Of a DNA stretch of 64,000 bases, positions 27,353-36,325 are shown one piece after another. The translations under genes and the position numbers were made by a program. Origin of the DNA: Octopus sinensis (taxonomy: Eukaryota); assembly GCF_006345805.1 (NCBI RefSeq), contig NC_043020.1, forward strand, positions 14,446,001 to 14,510,000, written 5' to 3'. Within the stretch, counting starts at the first letter, position 1. The number at the start of each line of letters is the position of its first letter. The notes under the pieces were generated by a model, which made no database searches, had not been told where the DNA came from, and saw only the letters and a list, made by a program, of their open reading frames with translations.

Positions 27353-30300
27353 CTGTGTTTGTCCCCCAAACATTGCTTGACAACCGATGCTGGCGTGTTT
27401 GCGTCCCCGTAACTTAGCGGTTCGGCAAAAGAGACCGTTAGAATAAGTACTAGGCTTACAAAAAATAAGTCCTGGGGTCGATTTGCTCGACTAAAGGCGG
27501 TGCTCCAGCATGGCCGCAGTCAAATGACTGAAAACAAGTAAAAGAAAAGAAAGAAAGTGTCACCATCCTACAAGAGGTGCTGCTGTTTGTGTCCAGTCTT
27601 CTGTGAAAACACATCTGACCTGGAGAAATATTACCTTGCTTGTAAAAAGGTAAGGGTTGGTGACAGCAAGAGCATCTGGCTGTAGAAAATTTGTCTCAAC
27701 AAATTCTGCCTCTCCCATGCAAGCATGGAAATGTCTGCATTAAATTAACGATGATGATATAATTGTCAGACACCTAAACTTTGCATTATTACAAATTTTC
27801 AGTATAATTAAAATAAAAATCTGTAAAATGTTTTTTTAAAATAAATTCTTTATTTTTAGGTTTCTGTGAAAATGGGGTCCACTTTTCCAAAAATATTCCA
27901 ACATTTGCTCTTTGATTCTAACAGTCTTCTCCATCACCAGGCCATCGAGGCATTTGCTTCATTTGCCCAGGAGACCAACTGTGAGTCTCTGGTTCCACAA
28001 TGTCTTCTAATGTCAAATTCTTCAAAAGAAAAAATACTTCAGGACACTGCAATAACTTTTCTAAATCATGTAAGTAAACTTCTTTCTTCTTTTATTGCAA
28101 AGGAAGAATTCTTTGGCTTCTGTGTAGAAGATATTAAATCGGTTGTTTAGCCCCAATTTGGCTTTGACCAAGTAGACACTATGATCGAAAGGGTTCCAGT
28201 CATGCCCACCTCATAAGTTACATATGAATAACAAACAATAAAGCTGCTCTATTCCACACTTGTGACTCACCCCTACCAATAAAAACATTTCCCCTGCCCC
28301 CTACTGAAGGAGGTTTCCTTGTGATCTGTGTCATTCGGGAAGCATAGACTTTTGTCTTCAGTGGATTCTGGTAACTTCATTAGTGGCGGTCAGTAGATCT
28401 GACCAGCCTGGACACTGTATATGTATGTGTGTGTGTATATATACATACACACACATCGGTTTATAAAAAGGAGAAATTTTTGTTTGAATCAATTCAACCA
28501 TGATACTTGCATGATGTCTTTTATAAGCTTCCAGTAAATGGAAGCTACAACTTGGAATGGTCTCACTTATTGTCAAAGTACCTATAGCTCTCTCTCTCTC
28601 TGTCTATATATATATATATGATTCAAAATGTGACTGCGTGTGTACCGTTGGCAATTTTTTTTCCTCCGTCTTCCCTTCTTTGGATCTTTCCTTTTCCTAT
28701 GTTTCTGACGAAGAGCTCTGCTCAAAACGTTAAACCCTCCTTCTTTCCTTCTTTCATGAGCGTCCAATAATACTATATTTGTTCCACGTCCTCACATTGT
28801 TGTGTTTTCTCTTTGTGTTTTCATGTTTGGATTAACTATATATATATATCTATAACACATATACCACACACACACTGTTATAGTACCTTTATCTGTGACA
28901 CTGTACCCTGACCTTTTCACCCTTGTAAATTATACATCATGACTAATTTGTGGTTTACAATTTCATTGCAGACGGCATACAGCTGTGATGGTTTCAAGCA
29001 GACCAAATACCTCTCGTCTCAAAGACTTATCATCAATGAAGATTTTGTGATTGCTTGGAAACCAGAGCGAAATAAAAAACAGCAACCTGAAAACAATCCA
29101 GAAGAATTATTGAAGGTCAGACATATTTCCAATTTACCATCACTACCACACCTCTACCAACGACGATGGCGACCACCACCTCCTTCTTCTCCTCCTCCCC
29201 CTTCTCACGGCCTGGAATCGAACTCGACATCTTGGGGTTAGTAGCCCTCACTCTTAGCCACTACACCATATGCCCATGGGCTACTAAACCCCAAGATTCC
29301 AAGTTCGATTCCAGACAGTGACCTTGGTGGTAATAATAATAATAATAACATCAGAAAATACCTTAGGAATGAGAACCCAGGTTCAAAATTTCTCCAAGAC
29401 ACCTGATGAAGGCTGGAGGGTATATCATAGGTTCTTTCACATATTGTCATGAAGAATGATATACAATACATTAACTTTTGCACATCTCAGTACAGTTTCT
29501 GTGATGTCCAATCTTCATGAGTATGATACATCTTCTGTTAATACAGTTGTAGTTACATTATATTAATGATATCTAGAGATAAGGGTAAGTCGGTCAGAGA
29601 GAGTCCACTACAGTACTACAAGGCCAGCAGTTTGGGGGTTGGGGCTGAGTCAATTAAATCAACCCCAGTGCTTATTTTATGATGAAGGGCAAAGTCAAAC
29701 CCAGCAGCAATTGAACCCAGAACACAAAGAAGGATGAAATGCTAACAATTCTACTGTCTTGCTGCCTTTACATTTAGGACGGTAGAATTCTATCGTCTTC
29801 TCTCTCTCTATCCGCTCAGTCAAAGTCGACTCTCGGTCACTCGTTGGATCAGTGTCCTCCAGTCAGTTCTATCCTGGGCCGCTTCTTTCAGATTGGCTAT
29901 GTCCATTCCGGTATCACTCTTGATGGTGTCAAGCCAGCAGGTTCTTGGTCGGCCTCTTCTTCTCTTGCCACTGACCATTCCGAGCATTATGTCCTTCTCC
30001 AGGGATTTTCTCTGCATAAAATGACCGAAATATGCCAATCTATTCTTGGTGATCCTAGCTTCTAGCAACATTTTCGGCCTGATATGCTTAAGAACTTCTC
30101 CATTGGTGAGCCTCGCTGTCCATGGAATCCGTAAAAGTCTTCTCCAACACCAAAGCTCGAATGCATTAATTCTCTTCTGGTCAGCTTTCAGTGAGGAATT
30201 ACAGGAGGGTCGGTGATAGCTTAGGGGTTGAATGGGGGTCGGCGTGCGAAAGACCAGCTCACCCAAATTAACTGCTTGGAATACTTAGTCAGTGCGATGC

Positions 30301-33300
30301 TCATCCCTCACATTGATGTTGTCGATTTCGATAAAAGATATTCCATCAATATGATGCATTTTCCACATTTTCTAACCACGCAAGCAATTTCATAACAATT
30401 GAAAGTTTAATACAAACCCTACTTGTGAAGACCTGTTGAGGCAAGTGAAAATGAAAAATCAAAATCAAAATCGATCAACATCAATGGAAATTGTAGCTGT
30501 GAAACCAGTGCCGATGGCACATAAGATTACCATCCGAACGTGGCCGTTGCCAGCGCCGCCCCGACTGGCCTCCGTGCCGGTGGCACGTAAAATGCACCAT
30601 CAGATTGTGGCCGTTGCCAGCCTCGCCTGGCCCCCGTGCCGGTGGCACGTAAAAAGCACCATCCGATCGTGGCCGTTTGCCAGCCTCATCTGGCACGTAA
30701 AAAGCACCCACTACACTCATGGAGTGGTTGGCGTTAGGAAGGGCATCCAGCCATAGAAACACTGCCAGATCAGACTGGGCCTGGTGCAGCCTTCTGGCTT
30801 CCCAGACACCAGTTGAACTGTCCAACCCATGCTAACATGGAAAACGAACGTTAAACTATGATGATGATGATGATGAATACTATATACTTGTACACATAGT
30901 TTTAAATGTAAAATGTGTGTCATCTTCTGTAGAATGTCTTAATTTTCATACATGTATATTTTAGCTAACATTTTAATTGCCAGCATCAGTACCCAGTACG
31001 CATTTAAAATATGGTACGGTAGGGTAGGGTATTAACCCTTTTGTTACCCTATATCTGTTGAGATGCTCTGTGTTTCTTTCAATTAATTTTAAATATAAGA
31101 AAGAATTTAGTGAAATAACTTCATTATCATTAAGCTAGAAATAGGAACATAAATTGTGACTAAGGTTTGGTGGAAGATTTTAATTCAGAGTTTTTGTAAG
31201 CAAGACATATGTATTACAGAGCAAGGGGCGGTTTCAGGCGGGTTGGTATCGAAAGGGTTAAGATATTTTAAATGAGGAGGGTGGTCAATCTGGAAGAAGT
31301 GGCTAAAGGGGGTCGATGGTTGAAAATGTTTGGCGACCCTTGCTCTAGGCGTTTAAACTCAGTTGTAGTCTTAATAAAATTTGTTCTAGAAATATTTAAG
31401 AAAATAGAATCTTGTTTTATTTCAGGATCAAGAAACAACAGATGAGGCCCAACACATGTCAGATACAGAATCTGAGGAGGTAAGATACATCAGTTATTAT
31501 CTTTACATTTGATGTAGAAAGTGCAGAGGTACAAGAGCTACAACTTTTGAAATGGTGGGATACTTACTTCAAGGTTATGAGTTTAAACATTACTTCAGTG
31601 AGTACCCATTGGTTTGATCAATATGGCCTAGTGGTTAGAGCAGCGGTTGAGGGATCGTGGGTTCGAATCTCAGACCGGGCGATATGTGTGTTTATGAGCG
31701 AAACACCTAAGGTCCACGCGGCTCCGGCAGAAGGTAATGGCGAAACTTCTGCTGACTCTTTCGCCACAACTTTCTCTCGCTCTTTCCTCCTGCATCTTGC
31801 AGCTCACCTGCGACGGACCGGCGTCCCATCTAGGTGGGGAACCTATACGCCAAGAAACCGGGGAACCGGCCCTTATGAGCCAGGCATGGCTCGAGAAGGA
31901 ACAACCAAAAAATATTATTATTAACGGCGGTGCATCAGGCTGCAGCTCTGAGCTGAAACAAGGAAAAAAAAAAGAGGCAGTGGTTCTAATCCTTATCACT
32001 ACCAGTCACCCCTTTCTATTGATATGAATTCTTCCATGGACCCCAAACTTTTAATGTTCTTCTACTCAATTGATTTTATTACTTTTCCCATTTCCATCTT
32101 AACTGAAAGATGTTAATTACAAGCACCCATGCTGAGGTCGACTTTGCCTTTCATCCTTTCGGGGTCGATAAATTAAGTACCAATTACGCACTGGAGTCGA
32201 TGTAATCGACTTAATCTGTTTGTCTGTCCTTGTTTGTCCCCTCTGTGTTTAGCCCCTTGTGGGTAGCAAAGAAATAGGGGAAGTATATGGAGAGATAAGT
32301 ATGTAGATATATGTGTATGTGTCATCATCATCATTGTTTAACGTCCGCTTTCCATGCTGGCATGGGTTGGACGATTTGACTGAGATCTGGCAAACCAGAT
32401 GGCTGCACCAGGCTCCAATCTGATCTGGCACAGTTTCTACATAAAACACACCCAGCACACTCTGATGATGCACGGCCGCAATCTGATGACTGACACAAAT
32501 AAAAGGTAAAAGGTAATATACCTACCTGCTTATCTACCAATATATACCTACATACTCATCTCTGCATATCGCATGACTGACATCCGTGCTAGTGGAGCGC
32601 TATGAGCACCATCCAAGCGTGATTGTTACCAGTGCCACTGACTGGCCCCTGCGTCGGTGGCACGTAAAAAGCACCGTTTCAGCATGATCGCTACCAGCGT
32701 TGCCTTACTGGCAGTGTGCCAGTGGTACGTGAGAAACATTCAAGTGAGGGCGTTGCCAGTGCCGCTGGACTGGCTCCTGTGCAGGTGACATGTAAAATCA
32801 CCATTTGAGCATGGCCGTTGCCAGTACCGCCTAACTGGCCCTCATGCCAGTGGCACATAAAAGCACCCACTACACTCTCGGAGTGGTTGGTGTTAGGAAG
32901 GGCATCCAGCTGTAGAAACTCTGCCAGATCAGATTGGAGCCTGGTGCAGCCATCTGGTTTGCCAGACCTCAGTCAAATCGTCCAACCCATGGCAGCATGG
33001 AAAGCGGACGTTAAATGATGATGATGATGACACATACACATATATCTACATACTTATCTCTCCATATACTTCCCCTATTTCTTTGCTGCCCACAAGGGGC
33101 TAAACACAGAGGAGACAAACGGATTAAGTCGATTATATCGACTCCAGTGCGTAACTGGTACTTAATTTATCGACCCCGAAAGGATGAAAGGCAAAGTCGA
33201 CCTCAGCGGAATTTGAACTCAGAACGTAACGGCAGACGAAATGCCTATTTCTTTACTACCCACAAGGGGCTAAACACAGAGGGGACAAACGGATTAAATC

Positions 33301-33714
33301 GATTACATCGACTCTAGTGCGTAACTGGTACTTAATTTATCGACCCCGAAAGGATGAAAGGCAAAGTCGACCTCGGCGGAATTTGAACTCAGAACGTAAC
33401 AGCAGACGAAAATACGGCTACGCATTTCGCCCAGCGTGCTAACGGTTCTGCCAGCTCCCCACCACACACTCATTCTTACACTTCAGGCACAATATTCTTT
33501 TTTTCTTTTTTTTTTTTTGCAGCCTCTCAAGAAAAAGCTGAAGACAAAGACGAGTCCAGACATATGGGACGAAGAGTATCGGAACATCATAGACTTACTA
33601 CACGGCAACGTGAACAAACTACAGTTGCTACAACAACGGCGAGGTGCCTCTCCACCCACCTGGGTAACTACAGAACTAGAAACAATCTGTAAACAACTAG
33701 GGACTTTCCAATGA
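3517..33714 (+). CDS. FIRRM: FIRRM/C1orf112 (FIGNL1-interacting regulator of recombination and mitosis) homolog, 16 exons in window, 5' part upstream of window
   Basis: Spliced peptide is collinear with human C1orf112 as recalled, e.g. KFSPPSL, MACDVWCFIGRYGSAALCHHHVK (human MDAWCFLARYGTAELCAHHVT), HQAIEAFASFAQETNCESLVPQCL, WDEEYR. All junctions from 7188 onward are GT-AG and phase-consistent (1977 nt including stop). The first junction is anomalous (see findings). Confidence 0.88.
3772..4069 (+). mobile_element. Family B (RTE 3' UTR-derived repeat)
   Basis: ggcacgtaaaaagcacc modules, ggttggcgttaggaagggcatccagctg core, (GAT)n tail; more than 25 copies in window. Confidence 0.8.
4301..4700 (+). 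mobile_element. SINE family A (diverged)
   Basis: Similarity to other copies. Confidence 0.75.
4901..5351 (-). mobile_element. SINE family A
   Basis: Full-length reverse copy. Confidence 0.87.
5514..5885 (-). mobile_element. SINE family A
   Basis: Reverse copy near-identical to 4901-5351. Confidence 0.87.
6775..7147 (-). mobile_element. CR1-clade LINE 3' fragment
   Basis: [30 protein letters not shown]. Confidence 0.85.
7188..7345 (+). CDS. FIRRM: FIRRM exon B
   Basis: ttccag|EENPSQTNEKSFQMTLKITGFLMKVLVNFVKEY...LYMF|gtaagt; phase 0 to 2. Confidence 0.85.
7853..8085 (-). mobile_element. tRNA-derived SINE family C (~230 bp)
   Basis: Shared gttctgagttcaaattccgccgaggtcgactttgcctttcatcc core. 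Confidence 0.8.
8136..8526 (+). mobile_element. Non-autonomous Helitron
   Basis: A|TC...CTAG|T termini; subterminal GC-rich segment; 4 copies in window. Confidence 0.8.
8552..8700 (+). CDS. FIRRM: FIRRM exon C
   Basis: ttttag|(K)FSPPSLAAPKLIQQSQQDIQLQLLNAAQPLL...SDEN|gtaggc; phase 2 to 1. Confidence 0.88.
8774..9179. repeat. 112-bp direct duplication enclosing (TA)n and a 27-bp hairpin
   Basis: 8774-8885 equals 9068-9179; hairpin 8943-9000. Confidence 0.88.
9542..9758. mobile_element. mariner-type MITE
   Basis: TIRs caaggcggtactgaaagttcctggcttt / aaagccaggaacttttcagcactcccttg; TA TSD. Confidence 0.85.
9795..9869 (+). CDS. FIRRM: FIRRM exon D
   Basis: gacag|DLEPDLALPRILLQIMVVNLLPKAK|gtaagt; phase 1 to 1. 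Confidence 0.85.
10551..10810. mobile_element. hAT MITE
   Basis: TIRs cagtggttc / gaaccactg; degenerate 8-bp TSD atctaacc / atctagtt. Confidence 0.7.
10859..10954 (+). CDS. FIRRM: FIRRM exon E
   Basis: ttgtag|YDVTEVWYSPRKFPGERCCDNILASVFKTLQK|gtaatt; phase 1 to 1. Confidence 0.85.
11140..11430 (+). mobile_element. Family B
   Basis: Modules, core and tail. Confidence 0.8.
11973..12560 (+). mobile_element. 5'-truncated RLE-type LINE (R4/Dong-like)
   Basis: Restriction-like endonuclease segment DRKIDANRTDIIVKD...KYKDLEIEISKMWKLKTKTIPVVIGALG; (TAA)n on both flanks. Confidence 0.8.
12770..13075. repeat. Tandem duplication (~167-nt period) of a family C-like fragment separated by (AAT)n
   Basis: cctttctaatatgagcacaaagcctg...cctcagcaga occurs twice. 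Confidence 0.8.
13306..13369 (+). CDS. FIRRM: FIRRM exon F
   Basis: gtgaag|CSVEMASDIRIPITAAVGSPQR|gtcagt; phase 1 to 2. Confidence 0.75.
14187..14640 (+). mobile_element. Family B
   Basis: Modules, core and tail. Confidence 0.8.
15369..15850 (+). mobile_element. Non-autonomous Helitron
   Basis: Ends cccgagcaacgccgggcgatactgCTAG|T. Confidence 0.8.
16049..16130 (+). CDS. FIRRM: FIRRM exon G
   Basis: ttcaag|NTSLYEYLCTNICGFVGSWPAQHFAVV|gtgagt; phase 2 to 0. Confidence 0.85.
16316..16716 (+). mobile_element. SINE family A
   Basis: Full-length copy. Confidence 0.87.
17030..17330 (-). mobile_element. RTE-clade LINE fragment
   Basis: QERRLRWYSHVMHM...VEGTWGRGRPKKT. Confidence 0.75.
17445..17893 (+). 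mobile_element. Family B
   Basis: Modules, core and tail. Confidence 0.8.
18844..18926 (+). CDS. FIRRM: FIRRM exon H
   Basis: ttccag|ESVLLTNLLHSNPYCKMMACDVWCFIGR|gtgaat; phase 0 to 2. Confidence 0.9.
19259..19570 (-). mobile_element. Family B
   Basis: Reverse copy. Confidence 0.75.
20231..20375 (+). CDS. FIRRM: FIRRM exon I
   Basis: taatag|YGSAALCHHHVKVLAAVWLALDWSQAQFYEHVLQLFHRLFKFQLIKDQ|gtgagg; phase 2 to 0. Confidence 0.9.
20463..20700 (-). mobile_element. SINE family C
   Basis: Full-length reverse copy. Confidence 0.82.
20811..21031. mobile_element. piggyBac-type MITE family P1
   Basis: TTAA|ccctttag ... ctaaaggg|TTAA, 221 bp. Confidence 0.88.
21566..22118 (+). mobile_element. Helentron/HINE-like element
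   Basis: Ends acacacagacagacagaacggattttgtataatagaagat, a DINE/HINE-like terminus. Confidence 0.4.
22221..22403 (+). CDS. FIRRM: FIRRM exon J
   Basis: ttttag|EEILKLYPPANNLSLWSLAQL...KDMKSC|gtaagt; 61 codons. Confidence 0.85.
22486..22705. mobile_element. piggyBac-type MITE family P1
   Basis: TTAA TSD, ccctttag TIRs. Confidence 0.85.
22862..23097 (+). mobile_element. SINE family C
   Basis: Full-length copy. Confidence 0.82.
23385..23760 (+). mobile_element. HERO-like LINE remnant (RLE domain)
   Basis: IVELTVPHEDN...ECEDTGWKAEHFPIEV...ASHWIWLKR, with a stop and a frameshift. Confidence 0.6.
24052..24372 (+). mobile_element. Family B
   Basis: Modules, core and tail. Confidence 0.8.
24491..24721 (+). 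CDS. FIRRM: FIRRM exon K
   Basis: tcacag|LDVLKCLRSLSRYLVTLSQ...MKPAHISS|gtatgt; 77 codons. Confidence 0.82.
24777..25181 (-). mobile_element. SINE family A
   Basis: Full-length reverse copy. Confidence 0.87.
25417..25635. mobile_element. piggyBac-type MITE family P1
   Basis: TTAA TSD, ccctttag TIRs. Confidence 0.85.
25684..25794 (+). CDS. FIRRM: FIRRM exon L
   Basis: cggcag|IVNTLEKLFDLEPDEILRLATSLFLKEIGKVDLQNNE|gtaaga. Confidence 0.85.
25862..26300 (+). mobile_element. SINE family C tandem dimer
   Basis: Period 214 nt, near-identical units. Confidence 0.85.
26459..26790 (-). mobile_element. Family B
   Basis: Reverse copy. Confidence 0.8.
27136..27550 (+). mobile_element. SINE family A
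   Basis: Near full-length copy. Confidence 0.85.
27860..28069 (+). CDS. FIRRM: FIRRM exon M
   Basis: ttttag|VSVKMGSTFPKIFQHLLFDSNSLLHHQAIEAFASFAQETNCESLVPQCL...TFLNH|gtaagt. Confidence 0.9.
28625..28835 (+). mobile_element. Penelope-like LTR remnant with minimal hammerhead motif
   Basis: GTTT CTGACGA AGAGC-tct-GCTC aAAAC GTT AAAC at 28701-28735 (G12 replaced by A). Confidence 0.5.
28972..29115 (+). CDS. FIRRM: FIRRM exon N
   Basis: ttgcag|TAYSCDGFKQTKYLSSQRL...NPEELLK|gtcaga; 48 codons. Confidence 0.8.
29204..29427 (+). mobile_element. tRNA-headed element with inverted head, (AAT)n and the 5' half of a hammerhead
   Basis: Inverted arms 29204-29247 and 29278-29321; B box GTTCGATTCC; CTGATGA-AGGCTG at 29403, truncated at about 29427. 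Confidence 0.5.
29805..30200 (-). mobile_element. RTE-clade (BovB-like) LINE 3' fragment
   Basis: RINAFELWCWRRLLRIPWTAR...LEKDIMLGMVSGKRRRGRPRTCWLD. Confidence 0.85.
30462..30875 (+). mobile_element. Family B
   Basis: Modules, core and tail. Confidence 0.8.
31036..31257. mobile_element. piggyBac-type MITE family P2
   Basis: TTAA|cccttt ... aaaggg|TTAA, 222 bp; same family as 53174-53395. Confidence 0.85.
31426..31479 (+). CDS. FIRRM: FIRRM exon O
   Basis: tttcag|DQETTDEAQHMSDTESEE|gtaaga; acidic, phase 0 to 0. Confidence 0.7.
31620..31905 (+). mobile_element. tRNA-derived SINE family D
   Basis: A box TGGCCTAGTGG, B box GGTTCGAATC; cctgcgacggaccggcgtccc segment resembles a V-SINE-type domain; second copy at 62700. 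Confidence 0.75.
32578..33030 (+). mobile_element. Family B
   Basis: Modules, core and tail. Confidence 0.8.
33073..33459 (-). mobile_element. SINE family C tandem dimer
   Basis: Two reverse units. Confidence 0.8.
33523..33714 (+). CDS. FIRRM: FIRRM terminal exon
   Basis: Poly-T gcag|PLKKKLKTKTSPDIWDEEYRNII...PPTWVTTELETICKQLGTFQ*; matches the human C-terminus (WEEEYR...PAW). Confidence 0.88.
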   Translation, partial: PLKKKLKTKTSPDIWDEEYRNIIDLLHGNVNKLQLLQQRRGASPPTWVTTELETICKQLGTFQ

Positions 33715-33717
33715 TGG

Positions 33718-33719
<2 letters not shown>

Positions 33720-33756
<37 letters not shown>

Positions 33757-33953
33757 CATGTGTGCATATGTGTGTGTGTGTGTGTGTGCATATGTGTGTG
33801 TGTTTGTGTATGTGTGTGTGTGTGTGTGTGGTGTGCGTGCATGTGTGCATATGTGTGTGTGTGTGTGCATATGTGTGTGTGTGTGTGTGTGCATATGTGT
33901 GTGTGTTTGTGTATGTGTGTGTGTGTGTGTGCGTGCATGTGTGTGTGTGTGTG
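33720..33953. repeat. Compound (GT)n microsatellite just after the FIRRM stop
   Basis: Direct reading. Confidence 0.95.
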
Positions 33954-35142
33954 TTATTCTTCTGATATTTAATAGACAATAGGACAGTTGTATACTGTAA
34001 AACAAATGAAATGGATTTACACATATACTCTGAGTATCAGCTCCTCATAATAATCTTTTATAGTCGCAGGGCAACAAGTGGAGGAACATATTCAAATACT
34101 AATTATAGCCCTTTCGGAACTTTTTCTTTGCAATCTGTGATATTTTATATCCAAAATGTTCCATCAGTCTGTTGTGGAGGTTGAAAACGGTCGAGGCAGC
34201 AATTGGATACCTATACAATATTTAATTACATGTCCAGTTGATCTGAGTTGGAATCCTGATAAAGTTGACATCACTATTCTTCTTTCTGCAATTGTTAAAA
34301 TAATTACCAAGAAAATACTTGTTGTTTCACACCATTTCAATTGTTGTTTACTCATGCAAATCTGTGGCCAAGGATATTTCTTGGCTTTGAATTTTAGTCA
34401 AAGCCTGTTCACTGTATTTTTGTGCCGGAAAAAGACTGATAGAATAAATTCCAGGCTTAAATAAGTACTGAAGTTGATTTGTTTCACTAAACAATTCAAG
34501 GAGGGAAAGGTGGTGTTCCAGCATGGCAGTAGTCCAATGACTAAATCAAGACAAAAGGTCAATCCTTTCATCAGGATTCCAATTTCTTACTTCATTCTTT
34601 TGTCTTTTCTGTTGAGTCTTGGCAACACAAATGATTGTCTCCAGAGGCTGTTCACTTCATCTCTGCATACTTTCCTTTGTGGTGGCTGCCATGCCAAAAT
34701 ATACAATAACAGGGATAATAAAAAAAAGACAAAAGCAATTTTTTTTTTCACTTTTAAAGAGATTTTGTTGCTTTTTACTTCATTTTTTTTTTTTACCCTT
34801 CTTTAAATATTTAAAGGAAAAGTAGTTGGGGTAAACCCCTCCAAAATATCTGTCTGCATGAGACAGATTTAGTTACTAGTGGAACTTTAAGCAAATGAAA
34901 CACAAGGATGTGAATTGGTTATTTTTTTAGCCATCGTAATTTCTCCTCCCCTGTAAATATTACTGTTCTCTTTATTGTCATACACTCTGAGTCACAGCTA
35001 ACACATGACAGGTTCATAGAATATCTTTAGTTCAAAAGTTCCTGACTGGTCATTATTTTTACATCAGTGAGCTCTTTGTATTTGAGCTCACCATGTAATT
35101 TTAGTCTGAAAACTGAATTATTTTCAATAAATAATCTCCAAC

Positions 35143-35435
35143 ATCATCATCGTTTAGCGTCCGCTTTCCATGCTGGCATGGGTTGGACGGTTCAACTGGG
35201 GTCTGGGAAGCCAGAAGGCTGCACCAGGCTCCAGTCTGATCTGGCAATGTTTCTATGGCTGGATGCCCTTCCTAACGCCAACCACTCCATGAGTGTAGTG
35301 GGTGCTTTTTACGTGCCAGGCGAGGCTGGCAAACGGCCATGATCGGATGGTGCTTTTTACGTGCCACCAGTACAGGTGCCAGGCAAGGCTGACAAACGGC
35401 ACAATCGGATGGTGCTTTTTACGTGCCACCAGCAT
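35143..35435 (-). mobile_element. Family B
   Basis: Reverse copy. Confidence 0.8.
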
Positions 35436-35907
35436 CTTTATGAAATACAAATCATAAATTTTGTTGTGCCAAGCAAGAGTCACTATGCCAATATTGATAA
35501 CACACACACTGGTTCAATTTCACTCTTATTATTAAATTGGTTGAATATCTAATGAATACTAATCAATCGTTTAACTTATTGGGTTAAATGATCCTTTTTT
35601 TTTTCTCCTTTTCATCTAAGTTCTTTTGTTTGCAACCCTTTCAGTGACAAAAGCTGAACCCTGAAATAAGTCAGCAAGGCCCGTGTGCACACATGGACTA
35701 ACACACAGGTGATCCCACTACCATACACACAGAAACTGTACAAATGCAGGCGCACTCAAACCTATCAGCTATCATCACCCTTATCTCCTCTCCTTAACCA
35801 CACACACACTACAAGGTCCAGACAAGCAAACACAGCCTCCATAGTGAACTGGGAGGGATGGTCACTGAAAAGATTGCAGACAGCAAAGAAAGAGCTTTGG
35901 CAATTCA

Positions 35908-36325
35908 GAACCAAAATCGAAGTCGATCAACATCAATGGAAATTGCAGCTGTGATACCAGTGCCGGTGGCACGTAAGAGAACCATCCGATCGTGGCCGTT
36001 GCCAGCGCCGCCCCAACTGGCCTCTGTGCCGGCGGCACGTAAAAAGCACCATCCGATTGTGACCGTTGCCAGCCATGCCTGGCCCCTGTGCCGGTGGCAC
36101 GTAAAAAGCACCATCCGACCGTGGCCGTTTGCCACCCTCGTCTGGCACATAAAAAGCACACACTATACTCACGGAGTGGTTGGCGTTAGGAAGGGCATCC
36201 AGCCGTAGAAACATTGCCAGATCAGACTGGGCTTGGTGCAACCTTCTGGCTTCCCAGACCCCAGTTGAACCGTCCAACCCATGCCAGCATGGAAAGCGGA
36301 CGCTAAATGATGATGATGATGATGA
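35908..36325 (+). mobile_element. Family B
   Basis: Modules, core and tail. Confidence 0.8.

Noticed and set aside
31620-31680. tRNA gene (also 62700 and 29205-29275)
   Set aside because: A and B boxes are present but there is no complete cloverleaf, and each continues into a SINE body.
33483-34024. His/Thr- and Cys/Val-rich ORFs
   Set aside because: They are (GT)n microsatellite translations.
34100-34400. ORFs between the two genes
   Set aside because: No recognisable motif or splice context; likely UTR or intergenic sequence.
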